A stretch of 64,000 bases of DNA from Scenedesmus sp. PABB004 (taxonomy: Eukaryota), in the NCBI GenBank assembly GCA_014905635.1, contig JABVCE010000003.1, positions 1,054,001 to 1,118,000 on the forward strand. Direction: 5' to 3'. Below are positions 29,493 to 41,000 of this stretch, in pieces. Each line of letters starts with the position of its first letter. Position 1 is the first letter of the stretch. The position numbers were made by a program, and so were the translations under genes. The notes below the pieces were generated by a model that worked only from the letters and a program-made list of their open reading frames with translations, was not told where the DNA came from and ran no database searches.

Positions 29493-31659
29493 ATGGAGCC
29501 ACCTGCCGCGCAGCCGCCGGCGCCGCTGCCGGGCATCGTGGGCGAGGCGCTCGAACTGCTGCGCGGCGAGCTCGCCAAGCCGGAGCCGGACGTTGCGCGC
29601 GCGTCCATCGTGCTGGGCCTGCTGCAGGACGCGCTGCTGCTCGACCCGCACGGCCAGGCCGGCGAGCAGCCGCCCGGCGCGCTCGCGGCAGCGGTCGACG
29701 AGCACGCGGCGCGCTTCGTGTCGGAGCTGGTCGCGCCCGCGGCGGCCAAGGTCCCGGCCAAGGCCAAGACGGCGGCGGTGCGCGCCGCGCCGCGCCCGCC
29801 CCGCGCGCCGCGCCGGCGGGCCCGCGCTGAGCGCGCCGCGCGCCCGCCACACAGGACAAGGTCGTCGCGCTCGCGAAGTTCCTCCGCGGGAAGCTCGCCA
29901 AGGCCCCCGCGCACAAGCAGCCGCTGCACACGCAGTTCCTTCCCTCGGCGCTGCGCACGGGCGGCAAGCGCCAGCTGGACTGCCTCGGCATCGCGACGGC
30001 CGTGTTCTGCATCGCGCGCGGCGCGGCCGCGCTGCACGGCGACGTCCACGCCGACCTGGCGGGCTGCGGGCTCGCGCTCTCCGACGACCACGCCTGGCTG
30101 ACGCTGCCCCCCGCCGGCGCCCCGTGCGGCGGGCGCGGCGGCGCGCCGTCGAATGAGCCGGGGCAGCAGCAGCAGGAGCAGGGGGAGGCGCTGGTGCACG
30201 TTGAGGTGACCGACCCCCGGTGATCGCGCCGCCCGAGATGGCGTGCTGGCTCTACACCGGCGGCCACGGCGCGCGCTGCGGCGCGGCGTCGGCGGTGCTG
30301 CTGCTCGTCGCGGGGCTGATGCCGGAGGAGGCCAAGCACGACGCTGCCGCGGAGGCGCTGCGGCGCGCGCAGGCGCACCTGCTCGCGAGCCTCACCGCTG
30401 CCCGCGCGCCCGCGCGCGCGCCCGTGGTGTACAGCGTGTTTCAGCGCTGGGGCATGCTTGACGAAGAAGACGAGTTGGAGGCCCTCGAGGCGCTCGCGCG
30501 AGCGGCGGCGGCGGCGCCGCGCGGCGGCCGGGCCGCCGCGCTCGCCGCGCTCGCGTCGGCGGCGGCCGCGCCGGCGGCGGCGCTGGCGTCGCAGGCGCGC
30601 TACGCCGCCGCGGCGGAGGCGGCGCCCGGCGGCGGCGGTGCCGGCGGCTCGTGGCTCTGGCACCCCGCGAGCTGCGCGGCGTTCGGCTGGCTCAACCGGC
30701 TCGAGTCTGCTCTCTGTGGCGGCGGCGACGACCTCCTGGCCAAGGCGCTGCTGCTCGCGCACGAGCCAGGTGGCGGCGCCGAGCCGTGTGCGCAGCCGGG
30801 CGGGCACCGCCAGGAGACGCAGCAGCTGCTGCCGCAGGAGCAGCAGCACGGGCAGCCGGGGCAGCAGCCGCAGCAGGAGCAGCTCGGGCAGCAGGAGCAG
30901 CCCGGCGAGGCGCCGGCCGACGCCGCTGCGACGTGGCTGCGCGTCGCCGCGTTCCTGTGGGCGCAGGCGACGGGCGCGCTGCCGGCGGCCGCCGCGGTGC
31001 TTCGGCGCTATCCCGGCGCGGCGGGCAAGCCCGACCGGTCGGCGAACTCGCAGCTGCTGGAGGCGGTGCGGGACCTGCTGCACAACCTGGCGGACGGCGC
31101 GCAGGCGCTGGCCTGGCTCACGAGCCTGCAGGCGCACCTGCGGGAGCTCCCGGCGCCCGCGGCGGCGCCCCTCGCAGCAGGGGCAGCGGCGCGCGACGCG
31201 GCGCAGGCCAGCCCCGGCGCCGGGCAGCAGGAGGGGGCCAGCGCGCCAGCAGCAGCGCAGGAGCCGGGTCGCGGGGTCACAGACGCAGCTGCCGCGGCTG
31301 CCGCCGGGGGCGGCCCCGCGCCGCAGCTGGCGGTGCGCGGCGTGCTCGGCGCGGCGGAGTCGCTCACACCGCTGCTGGGCCTTTTCGACGCCGTGCTCGA
31401 GTTCTTTGGCCCAGACTCGGCCGACGTGCCCGGCGAGGCCGTGGCCCACTTCCTGGCAGCCGCCGGCGCGTTCACGCCCGAGGCGCGCGCCGGCGCGGCC
31501 ACGGCGGCGGCGGCGTCCGGCGCGCTGCGCAGCGCCCGCGTGGCCGCGCTCGGCGCCGCCGGCAGCGGGACGGCGGCGGCGTGGCGGGACCTGGCTCCGG
31601 GGCTGGAGCAGGTGCTGCGGATGCCGGGCAGCCGCAAGCGCAAGCACGCCGCTCCGTGA
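29493..31659 (+). CDS. Menin (MEN1)-like protein; intron 29778-29854; apparent frameshift at about 30214-30222
   Basis: EPDVARASIVLGLLQ, PLHTQFL..LDCLGIATAV, LALSDDHAWL, VEVT, CWLYTGG..LLVAGLMP follow the order of menin motifs EPDLVLLSLVLG, AHIQSL..LDSSGVAFAV, LALSEDHAWV, AEVT, SWLYLKG..MVCAINP; basic C-terminal RKRKH. Confidence 0.75.
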
Positions 31660-32286
31660 CGCGCGCAGCGCAGCGCAGCAGCGCACGCGGCGGGTGACAT
31701 GCCGCCGCGGCGCCGCCGCTGGTGCGCGGCGGGAGCGCCCAGTCGCGGAGCGTCGTTCGGCGCGAGGGCCGCGTCCGGGCGCGACCCGTGGTCCGGGAGC
31801 GCCAGATTTTACCCGGTGGTCAGCTGCGCGGTGACCGCGGCCCCGCCCCCGCCGATCCCGCCGCGACGCGCGTCGTGTTGGCCACGTCGAAATCCGGGCC
31901 ATTTGTGGCGGGCGCGCCGGCACCTGGCGGGCCGGGAAGTCGACAGGGGGGCTTGTGCGATTTGATGAGCGCAACGTGCCAGCTGGCACGGCGGCGCCTG
32001 GCGGCGCGCCGCAGCGCGAGGCCGCCTGGACCGGACGCGCGCGTCACGCTGCCGGGCCGGCGGCCGCCCACGCCGGCTGTGCGCGCCGGATCGCGGTGCA
32101 GAACACTCCAGCCAGCGCTGAACCCGCCCGCCCAACGCCGCGCGAGGCTCTCGCAAGGCGCCCGCCGCCCGCGACACCCTCACCCGCTCCGTCCACGCTC
32201 CCACGCATCGCCCGCAGCAGCCTCGCGGCCGCCGCCCTCCCCCAACCCGTGCACGCACCTCGCGTCACGCCTTCCCACCCGCCACC

Positions 32287-33719
32287 ATGAACAAGGCTCT
32301 GTTCGTCGTGGCCTTCCTGGCCCTCGGCGCCGTCGCCGCCCAGGTGCGCGCGCTGGCGCGGGCGGGGGCGCGATGAGATCGGGGGCGCGGCGCCCCGCCG
32401 CGGAGCGCCGGCCGATCGGGCGCGCCCGGCGCGTGGGGTCAAGGCAGGGCCTGCCACGCGCGTTGGCCGGGCCGGCGCGGCTCGGCGCGGCGCGGGGGGG
32501 CCGGCGGCGCTGGGCAGCGCCTTCCCTGCTGCAGCGCCACGATCTGGTGCCACACGCCGGGCGGCGCCGCGCGGTGCCGCGTTGGCGCGGACATCGCGCC
32601 CTGGCCCGTTTGCGCCGCGCGCCGGCCCGCCGCGCTGCACGGGCGCGCGCCAGGGGTCGCCGCGCATGCCGGACCGGTGTCACCCGGCGGCCCCGGCGCG
32701 CGGCCCCGCCCACGCCGCGGCCCCGCGCGCTGCCCCGACGCTCACGACGCCCCCGCCGCGCCCGCGCCGGCGGCAGGCGCACGGCGGCGAGTGGAGCAAG
32801 AACAAGACCGACCACGGCAGCAAGGACTGGTGGGGCAAGGGCAAGTCCGGCTGCAACGTGTGGCGCAAGTCCATCGTGTACGCCAACGCCGCCGGCGAGG
32901 TGTCCATTGACCAGATCGCCAGCTGCCTGGCGACCTTCAACAGCGTCGAGAGCCTGTCCTCCAACGGCTACGTCGCGCTGATCAACAACGCCACCGGCTT
33001 CTACGCCAACGTGTCCAGCTCCAACACCCACTGGAAGACCTGGGGCAAGGGCTACATCGTGGTCGGCTACAACGCGACCACCAAGGCCACCGCGACCGCC
33101 AACGCGACCACCGTGATCGGCGAGGTGACCGTGAAGCTCGGCGGCTACAAGTGGGGCAAGGGCGGTGAGCGCGCGCGCCGGCGCCCCCACGCGCGCGCCC
33201 CGCCCCACGCGCCGCCCGGCCTGCGCGCCGCCGCCCGCTCTGCGCGCCGCCGCCCGCTCTGCGCGCCCACCCGCCCCGACTCGCCCCGCCTCGCCCCGCC
33301 CGCCCCGCCGAGCAGCCAGCGCTGCCGCCGCCACTGAGGGCTTCTCCTACTACGACGACGCCGATGAGTGGTACGTGACCGTGCCCGCCAACGGCTCCAT
33401 CGCGACCGTGACCATCGATGCCCTCAACGCCGCGGCCGCGGGCAAGACCAAGAAGCACTGGGGCGGCAAGGACAAGTACACGCCGTCGCCCAAGCCCAAG
33501 CTTGACAGCTTCAACACCGCCGAGGTGCTGGGCTGGAAGTATGTGCCCAGCATCTCCGTCTCCGCCGACGCGCTCGTCCTGAACTTCACCACCGCCGGCT
33601 CCAAGAAGTGGCACAAGTTCTACAAGAAGAGCCTGGTGACCATCGAGTTCAACGCCACCACAAACGGCACCACCGTGGACGGCTACGCCTTTGTCAAGGT
33701 CACCGGCCTCGCCTGGTAA
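32287..33719 (+). CDS. Secreted Lys/Trp/Thr/Asn-rich glycoprotein of unknown function, 3 exons
   Basis: Signal peptide MNKALFVVAFLALGAVAAQ; introns 32344-32777 and 33165-33315; strong C/G-ending codon bias; many N-x-S/T sequons; TAA at 33719. Confidence 0.85.
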
Positions 33720-34498
33720 GCGCTCACGCGCTCAGCGCGAGCGGGCGGGCGACGTGGCGCGCGCGCGAGTGCGAGCGGGCGGTCGCGTGCGTGCACACCT
33801 CATCACGCAGCCCGGCGCGCCGCGGCTGAGGCGTACGCTCGGCGGCAACGGCGATAGAGCTTTAAACGCCTGGGTGCAGCACAGCGTGCCCGCACGAATG
33901 TGCCCGCCTCGGGAACGTGCGCAAGGGCGCACCAGGGCTGGCCGGAGCTCCTGGCCGCCGGCCCGCGAACGCGCGTCTGCATGTGCACAGCCGGGGGTGC
34001 ATTGAAATATCCCGCGGGCGCGCGCCGCCCGGCGCGTGCCAGCGATGCAGCTGCTGCTGCTGCCGGCACGGTGCTTAGGTCGCCTAGGTTGCCGACACTG
34101 TGCTCTGTGCTCCTGTGGTGGCCTTCGGCTGGGTCCCCGCCGCCCGCGCGGCGGCGGGCGGGCGCTGACCCCCGCCGGCCGCCCAGGTGTGCCTGGCTGC
34201 GGTCCGCCAGGGAATTGGGAGAGTGGCAGCAGGGCAGAGCGTGTGCAGTGTGTGATCCTTCTCTGCGCGGCTTTGAGTGATCGCGTGCAATCGGAGCGCC
34301 AAACACGCCCGCACCAAGGCTTTTTCAGTGCCCGCCCGCCAGCGGCGCTGCACCAGCGCCGAGCCCGCCCAGCGCAGCAGCAGCCCTCTGCCCGCCCGCG
34401 GCCCCGCCCTCGCGGCAGCCCAGCGCGCGCGTCCACGCGCCGCCGCCGGCGAGCGCCGCGCTCCAGGCGCCGCGCTCCAGGCGCGCGGCCGCAGCTAG

Positions 34499-35813
34499 CT
34501 AGCTGCGCCGCCGCGTGACGTGGTCGTACAACACCACCTGCTCGTACTCGCGCGTCGCGAGCGCGCACCGCGTCGAGTTGTCGCCCGGCGGGCGCCGGGG
34601 GTCGACGCAGAGCAGCTTGCGGTCGCGCTTGTGCTTGAACAGCAGCCCCTGCGCGCCGTCCGCGATGACCTGCGCCGGCCCGCGGCGGGCGCCGGCGGCC
34701 AGCGCTCGCCAGCGCGCTCGGCGCGCGGCGCGCACGCGCGGCGCGCGCGTCCCGCCCGCCGCCCTGACCTGGAAGTTGGGCGTGGGGTTGCTGGTGGAGA
34801 GGTGGGTCTCCCAGTTGAAGTAGCTCAGGTCGCCCGGCCCCGGCAGCAGCCGGCGGGCGCGGCTGAAGTAGGCCTCCGCGTGCCGGTCGGCCGCCAGGCG
34901 GTGCCCGTAGTCGATGTACCCGCTCACCTGCGGCCGCGGCGGCGGCGCCAGCAGCGGCGGGGATGCGGCGGGGCATGCGGCGGGGCATGCGGCGGGGTAT
35001 TGCGGCTGCCGCGGCGAGGCGGCGGCAGGCGCCTGCGGGGGCGCGCGTCGGCCGCGGCAGACGCGGCGCGCGCGGGCGCGTGCGCGCCTCGTGGCCGCGC
35101 GCGTTGCGGTCGCGTATGAACACGACCGTCGCCAGCTTGCCGTTGCGCACCGCCTCCTCGCGGTCGCGCAGCGCCTGGCGCGGCGTGGCGACGGGCGGCG
35201 CCGGCCGGCCGCTGAGGCGGCTGCCGGGGCGGCTGCGGCGCGGCGCCCCCCCCCCCCCCCCCCCCACCCCCCTCCGTTGGCGCTGCGCGCCTGCAGCAGC
35301 GGGCAGCCCTCCAGGTCCTTGCCCGCGGACGCGAGGCGCTGCGGCGCGCGGCTGAGCCGCGCCGCGCGCGCCGCCTCGGCCGTGGCCTTGCGCTGCTCAA
35401 ACTCCTCCCGCCGCATGACCTCGCCGTTGCCGCGGATGCTGCGGTGCGGCGCGGCGCGTCGGCGCGCCGCAGCTGGGCAGGCACTGCGCACGAGCGGGGC
35501 CAGCTCCCCAGGTGGATCGCGTGCTGTCTTCGCTGCCGCCGCCGCACCCCAGCTCCACCAGCTGCCGCGCGAGCTCCACGTCCTCCAGGTAGTACATGTC
35601 CGTGCCCGTGATCTGGCTGTCCAGGTAGGCCTCGTAGCTGCGGCGCCGCGGCGTGCCGACGCAGGGCACGGCAGCGCGTGAGCGCCGCGCGGCGCGCTGC
35701 CTGCTGCCCCGCCGGCTGCGACCGCGCGGTGCCGCCGCCGCGCACGTCGCAAACTGCTCGGCCACGGGGTCGTAGCCGGGGCCCGCCGCAGCGCCGTCGC
35801 CCTGCTGTTCCAT
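34499..35813 (-). CDS. CFAP299: Cilia- and flagella-associated protein 299 (C4orf22/DUF4464), 6 exons
   Basis: [100 protein letters not shown]. Confidence 0.9.
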
Positions 35814-36314
35814 GATGGCTCGCGGCCGCGGCGACGGCCGCGCGCGCAGCGCGGTCAGACCTGGGTCAAACACAGGCTGCTGCTGTCAACGGGGGCTGGG
35901 TCTGCTCAGCGCGGCCCTGGGGTGAGAGCACGTGCGCATGCGTCTGCGTCTGCACGGGCCAGCGCGCGTCGGCGGAGGCCGAGCACAGCAGCGGCGGCTC
36001 AGCGGGCAACCGCCGCGCCCGCCGAGCTGCCTTGCAGACTCACGCCGACTCGCGACCAAGCAGCACGTGCGCACAGCAGCAGAAGAAGCACACACGACCA
36101 GCGGCGGCGCACAGCGGCAGCCCGCGCCGCCAGCAGCTCCGACGCGCCCAGCGGGCGGCGGGCTCCGCAGGCCGTGCTGCCTGCCCGTTCGCCGCCGTCA
36201 GCATTGATCGGCCAAGCCGCAGGGCAGCGGTGCAGGCCGCGCGGCGCGCAGGGGGCAGCCGGCCAGAGGCGGCCGGTGCGCCCGCGGCGACGGCTGCGCC
36301 GCGGCGCAGGCCGC

Positions 36315-38014
36315 ATGAGCGCCGGCGGCAGGTGGGTCGGGGGCGAGACCAGGCGGCGGGAAGCGTGCAGGCGCGCGCGCCCAGCCCAGATCGCACGCGG
36401 CGAGAGCCGGCAGCGCGCGCGGCGCCCGCCCGCTGCTGCTGCTCGCGCCGCCCGGCCCACCGCCGCGCCTCACCGCGCCCCTGGCCGCCCACTCCGCCGA
36501 GTCCCGCAGCGCGGCCGCGTTCCTGCCGTTCCTCAAGAAGGCCGCCGTGCCCGTGGCGGCGCCGCCTGAGGACGACGATGACCCGCTCGCGCTGCCGCTG
36601 CCGCCCGCGCCGCGGCCGCGCCTCGACAAGGGCGGGCCGGCCGCCAAGTTTGTGAGCAAGCTCAACCGCTCCAGCGTCAAGCCCGACGCTGAAACGGGCG
36701 ACGGCGGCGGCGGCGGCCGCGGCCGCGCCGCGCCAGGCGCCGCCCGGGGCGGCGGCGCGGCGGCGCGGCCGGCGGCGGGCGCCAGGCCCAAGCCAGGCGC
36801 CGCCGGGCGCGGCGGCGCTGCCAAGCCGGCGGCGGCCCCCGCGCCGCCCGCGCCGTCGCCCGCCGCGGCGGCGGCGGCGGCCAAGGCCGAGGCGGAGCGG
36901 CGCCGCCTGCGCCAGCTGCAGCGCCTCTCCAAGCTGGGCGCGCTGACGCAGGAGGGCGGGCCGGCGGCGCTTGCCAAGGTGGCGGAGGCGCGCGCGCAGG
37001 CGGCGGCCATACAGCAGCAGCAGGCGGCGGAGGCGAGGCGCCTCGCCGACGCGGAGGCGCGGCGGCGCCAGCTGGAGGCGGCGCGCGCGGCGGCGGCCGC
37101 GCAGCGAGAGCAGCTGGCGGCCGAGAAGGCGCGCCTGGCGGCGAGCAAGGCGTGCGCGGCAGCGCCCGGCGCGCGGCCGCAGCACGGCGGCGGCGGCGGC
37201 GGGCAGGGGCCGGGCCGGCCAGCAGCAGGCGGCGGGGGCGGGCAGGGGCCTGGCCGGCCAGCAGCAGGCGGCGGCAGCGGGCAGGGGCCCGGCCGGCCAG
37301 CAGCAGGCGGCGGCGGCGGGCAGGGGCCGGGCCGGCCAGCAGCAGGCGGGGCGCCGCCGGCGGGCCCACCCGCCGCGCAGCAGCGGTCGCAGACGCAGCA
37401 GCCGGGGCAGCCGGGGAGGCCGGGGCAGCCCCTAAACCCTAAGCCTGGGCAGGGCAGGGATCCCTACGCCAACCTCAACCCCAAGCAACGCGCGTTCCTC
37501 CTGGCGCGCAAGCGCGAGCGCGAGGCGCGCATGGCGGGGGGCGGCGGCGGCGCGGCGCGGCGCGCGCGCGGCTCCGCGGGCGGCGGCTCGTCGTCGGAGG
37601 AGGAGTCTGACAGCGAGCTGGCCGACTTCATCGACGACGACAACGCCGGCGACTGGCGGCGCGAGCTGCGCGCCATGACGGGTGCGGGCGCCGGCAGGGC
37701 CCGCCCCCGCGCCCGCGCCGCGCGCCGTGGCCGCCGCGCGCGGGGGCCGCGCGCGCGCCGCAGCGGCGCGCCCCACACGGCGCTGCTCGCCGCACCGCCC
37801 AGGCTACGACCCGCGGCGCTATGCGGACGGCTTTGCGGACGACCGGGGCATGGAGGCGAGCGCGGCCGAGATTGCGGCCGAGGAGCGCCGCAGCGCGCGC
37901 GCGGGGCGGGCCGAGGACGAGCGCGAGGCCGCGGACGAGGCGCGCCGCGCGTCGGCCAAGGAGGCGCGGCGGCGCGCGCGGCGCGGCGGCGGGGGCGCGC
38001 TGGTCGACGACTGA
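36315..38014 (+). CDS. SPT2: SPT2 chromatin/histone-chaperone protein, 3 exons
   Basis: C-terminal SPT2 domain DSELADFIDDD..WRRELRAMTGYDPRRY..MEASAAEIAAEERRSARAGRAED; introns 36332-36509 and 37682-37802. Confidence 0.85.
37186..37350 (+). repeat. Coding tandem repeat, about 4 x GGGGQGPGRPAA(G) in SPT2
   Basis: 39-nt unit ggcggcggcgggcaggggccgggccggccagcagcaggc. Confidence 0.85.
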
Positions 38015-38044
38015 GCGGCGGCCGAGGTTATTGTCCGGCCCCGG

Positions 38045-41000
38045 TCACCGCCGCCGCTTGTTCGCCGTCCGCAGCTGCGGCGCCTGCGACGGCGGCGCGC
38101 CGCCCTGCCCCTGCCCTTGCGCTGCCGCGGCGGCCGCCGCCGCGGCGCCCTGCTTCCTGGTGAGCCGCGTGGGCGCGGCGTGCGCCGGGTCGTCGGGCCA
38201 GACGTGCTTGGGGTAGCGGCCACGCATCTCTCTCTTCACGGCCGCGTAGGCGGACGCCCAAAAGGTGGCGAGGTTGGACGTGACCTGCAGCGGCCGCCCC
38301 GCTGGCGAGAGCAGCTCCAGCACGAGCGGCACGCGCGCCGCGCCGCCGAGGAGCGGCGTGTCGGCGAGGCCAAACACCTCCTGTATCTTGACCGCCGCCG
38401 TGGGCTGCACGCCGCCGTAGTCGATGGCCACGCTGGTGCCGGTCGGCAGCACGAGGTGCGACGGCGCGCCCTCCTCGACGCGCTGCTGCGCCGCCCAGTC
38501 CATCTGACCCTTCAAGATCGTGAGCCAGGGCAGCCGCTGCAGCTGGCTGCGCGAGCGCACGCCGGCCAGGTGCGGGCCCAGCCAGGCCGCGAGGCGCTGC
38601 GGCGCCATGAGCCCCGCCTCGCTGAGGTCCGGCAGCGCGCTGGCCCCCGTGGCCGCGAGCTCCGCGGCGCGCAGCCACGCCGCGCGCGCGCGCCACGCCT
38701 CGGCGCCGGCCGGCACCGGGAGGGAGCCGTAGCCGCCGTCGGCGAGCGCCTGGTGTTTGCGGCGGCGCGGCGCGGCGAGGCGAAGTGGGCGCGCCGCCGC
38801 GCGCACGCCGCGCAGCGCTGCGGGCACGCCGCCACCCGCCCCCTGCGCGCGAGCCGCCGCACCTTGAGCAGCACCGGCAGCGCGGCGGCGTCGTCCACCT
38901 TGGCCTGCTCCTCCGTCAGCACCAGCGAGCCGAGCACGCGCTGCCGCCGCGCGAGCACGGCCTTGCTTGCGGCCGCCCAAAAGACGACGACGCGCTCCTG
39001 CGGCAGCGGCGGCGGCGCGCGCTCACTGGCCGGTGTGCGCCGAGCGTGCCTGTGCGCCGGCAGGCTGCTGCCTCAGCCCCGGCCTGGTGAGCGCGGCCGG
39101 TCACACCTGCACCTCATCCTGCAAGTACTTGTTGATTGCTGCCATGCTGAGCGCCGCGCCGAGCGCCACGCGGTCGCTGCGGCCGTCCCGCCCCGCCAGC
39201 AGCTCCGCGACCGCCACGTACGGCTGCCCCGCGAGCGGGTCTCCCGCCGAGGGCAGCGCCACGACGCGCCCTGCGCGGCAGGGGCGCGTGCGTGGGTCGG
39301 GCGTGCGCGGGCGGCCGCTGCCGCGGCGCCGGCGCCCGCGGCAACAGCAGCGCGCCGCACCCGTGGAGAGCGTGTAGGTTGGCTTGCCGCCGGCGCCGGG
39401 CTTGAGCTGCGCGATCCGGTCTGGGTACGCCGCCGCCACGAGCGCGCCGACCAGGCCCGGCTTGCCCAGCTGCGCGGCCCAGGCTGCAGCAAACGCAGCG
39501 TCGCCGGCGTGCGCGTGCCGCGCGGCGAGCCCGCCGCCGCCGCCGCCGCCGCCCGCCTGCCCACTCGGCTCGTCATCATCATCCGCACCGCTCTCTGCCT
39601 CGTCCAGCTCGTCAGCCGTGCTGGCCGCGGCGCCGAGCGCTGCGCCAGCCGCGCCGCCGGCGTCGCCCTCGTCGCTGGCCGCCTGCAGCTGGCGCAGCAT
39701 CTGCTGCGCGCCGAGCAGCACGCGCGCGGCGCCGGCGCGATCGTAGCCAGGAGGCGGCGCGTCTGCGCCCGCGCGCAGCCGCGGCGCAGCGTCAGCACCT
39801 GCGGCGGGCGCCGCGCGCAGCGCGCGCGCGAGCCGCGCCCGCGCACCCGCGCCCGCCAGCACGCGAAGCCGCGACGCCAGGTCGGCGCTGGACGCCTGCT
39901 CGCCGCCGCCGCCGGCCCTGCCGCCGCTGGCTGCTCCCCGAAAGAGGTCACGCTCGCTGAGCAGCGACGCCAACACGCAGCCCAGCTCTGCTGCGCCGAG
40001 CTGCTGCGCGCGCAGCGCCATGTGCGCAAAGCGCGGGTGGGCCGGCACGGCGGCCATGCGGCGGCCTGCGAGCGGCGCGCGCGCCGGCCTTGCAGCGCCG
40101 CGTGGCGGCAGCGGCGGCGGGGCGCCCCGCCCCGCCCCGCCCCGCCCCGCCCCGCCCCGCCCCGCGCCCCGCCCCGCCCCGCCCCGCCCCGCGCCGCGCC
40201 GCGCCGCGCCGCGCCGCGCCGCGCCGTGCCGCGCACCCGTGGCGGTGAGCGCGCCGCGCTCGTCCACCGCCGCCAGCTCGAGGAGCAGCTGCCGCGCGTC
40301 GGCCAGGGCGTCCGGGTCGGGCGGGTCCAGCCAGCACAGCCCCGCGCCGCCGTCGCCGAGCGCGCCCCACGCGGCGAGCTGCAGCGCGAGCGGCGCGAGG
40401 TCGGCCGACGCGATCTCGGGCGGCGTCGCGGGCAGCAGGAGCGCGTGGTCGTCCTCGCCCCACAGCCGGTAGCACACGCCCGGCGCCGTGCGCCCCGCGC
40501 GGCCGCGACGCTGCTCGGCGCTGTCCTGGCTGATGCGCTGCGTGACCAGGCGGCTGATGCCGGTCGCCGCGTCGTAGCACGGCGCGCGGCACAGCCCGCT
40601 GTCCACGACCGCCGTCACGCCGTCGATGGTGACCGACGACTCGGCGATCGGTGTGGCGATGACGACGCGGCGCTGCGCGCGCGTGCGCGCCGACGGCCTG
40701 CGCAGGCGCGGCCGCGCGCACGGCGGGCGGCGGGCGTGCGCTCCGGCACCGCACGAGCCAGCGGCGGCCCCACGGCGCCGTCCTGTGCACGTCACGTGCC
40801 CCCCCCCCCTTTCCCCCATCCACCCCGCACCGCAGCACGTCGTCCTGCAGCTGCGGGCTGAGGCCGCCGTGGAGCTGCTGCAGCAGCACGCCGCCCTTGC
40901 GCACCGCGCCCTCCTCGGCCAGCAGCGCCTGCAGGCGCCGGATCTCAGCCACGCCAGGCATGAGCACGAGGACGTCCCCGCCCGCCGCGGCCGACGACCC

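Noticed and set aside
30221..30223. In-frame TGA as selenocysteine or stop-codon reassignment
   Set aside because: Read-through in the same frame does not give the conserved WLY block, which lies in another frame; all other genes use standard stops
37431..37446. Telo-box-like CCTAAACCCTAAG
   Set aside because: Lies in the SPT2 coding exon (PLNPKP); a single short match that cannot be distinguished from coding coincidence
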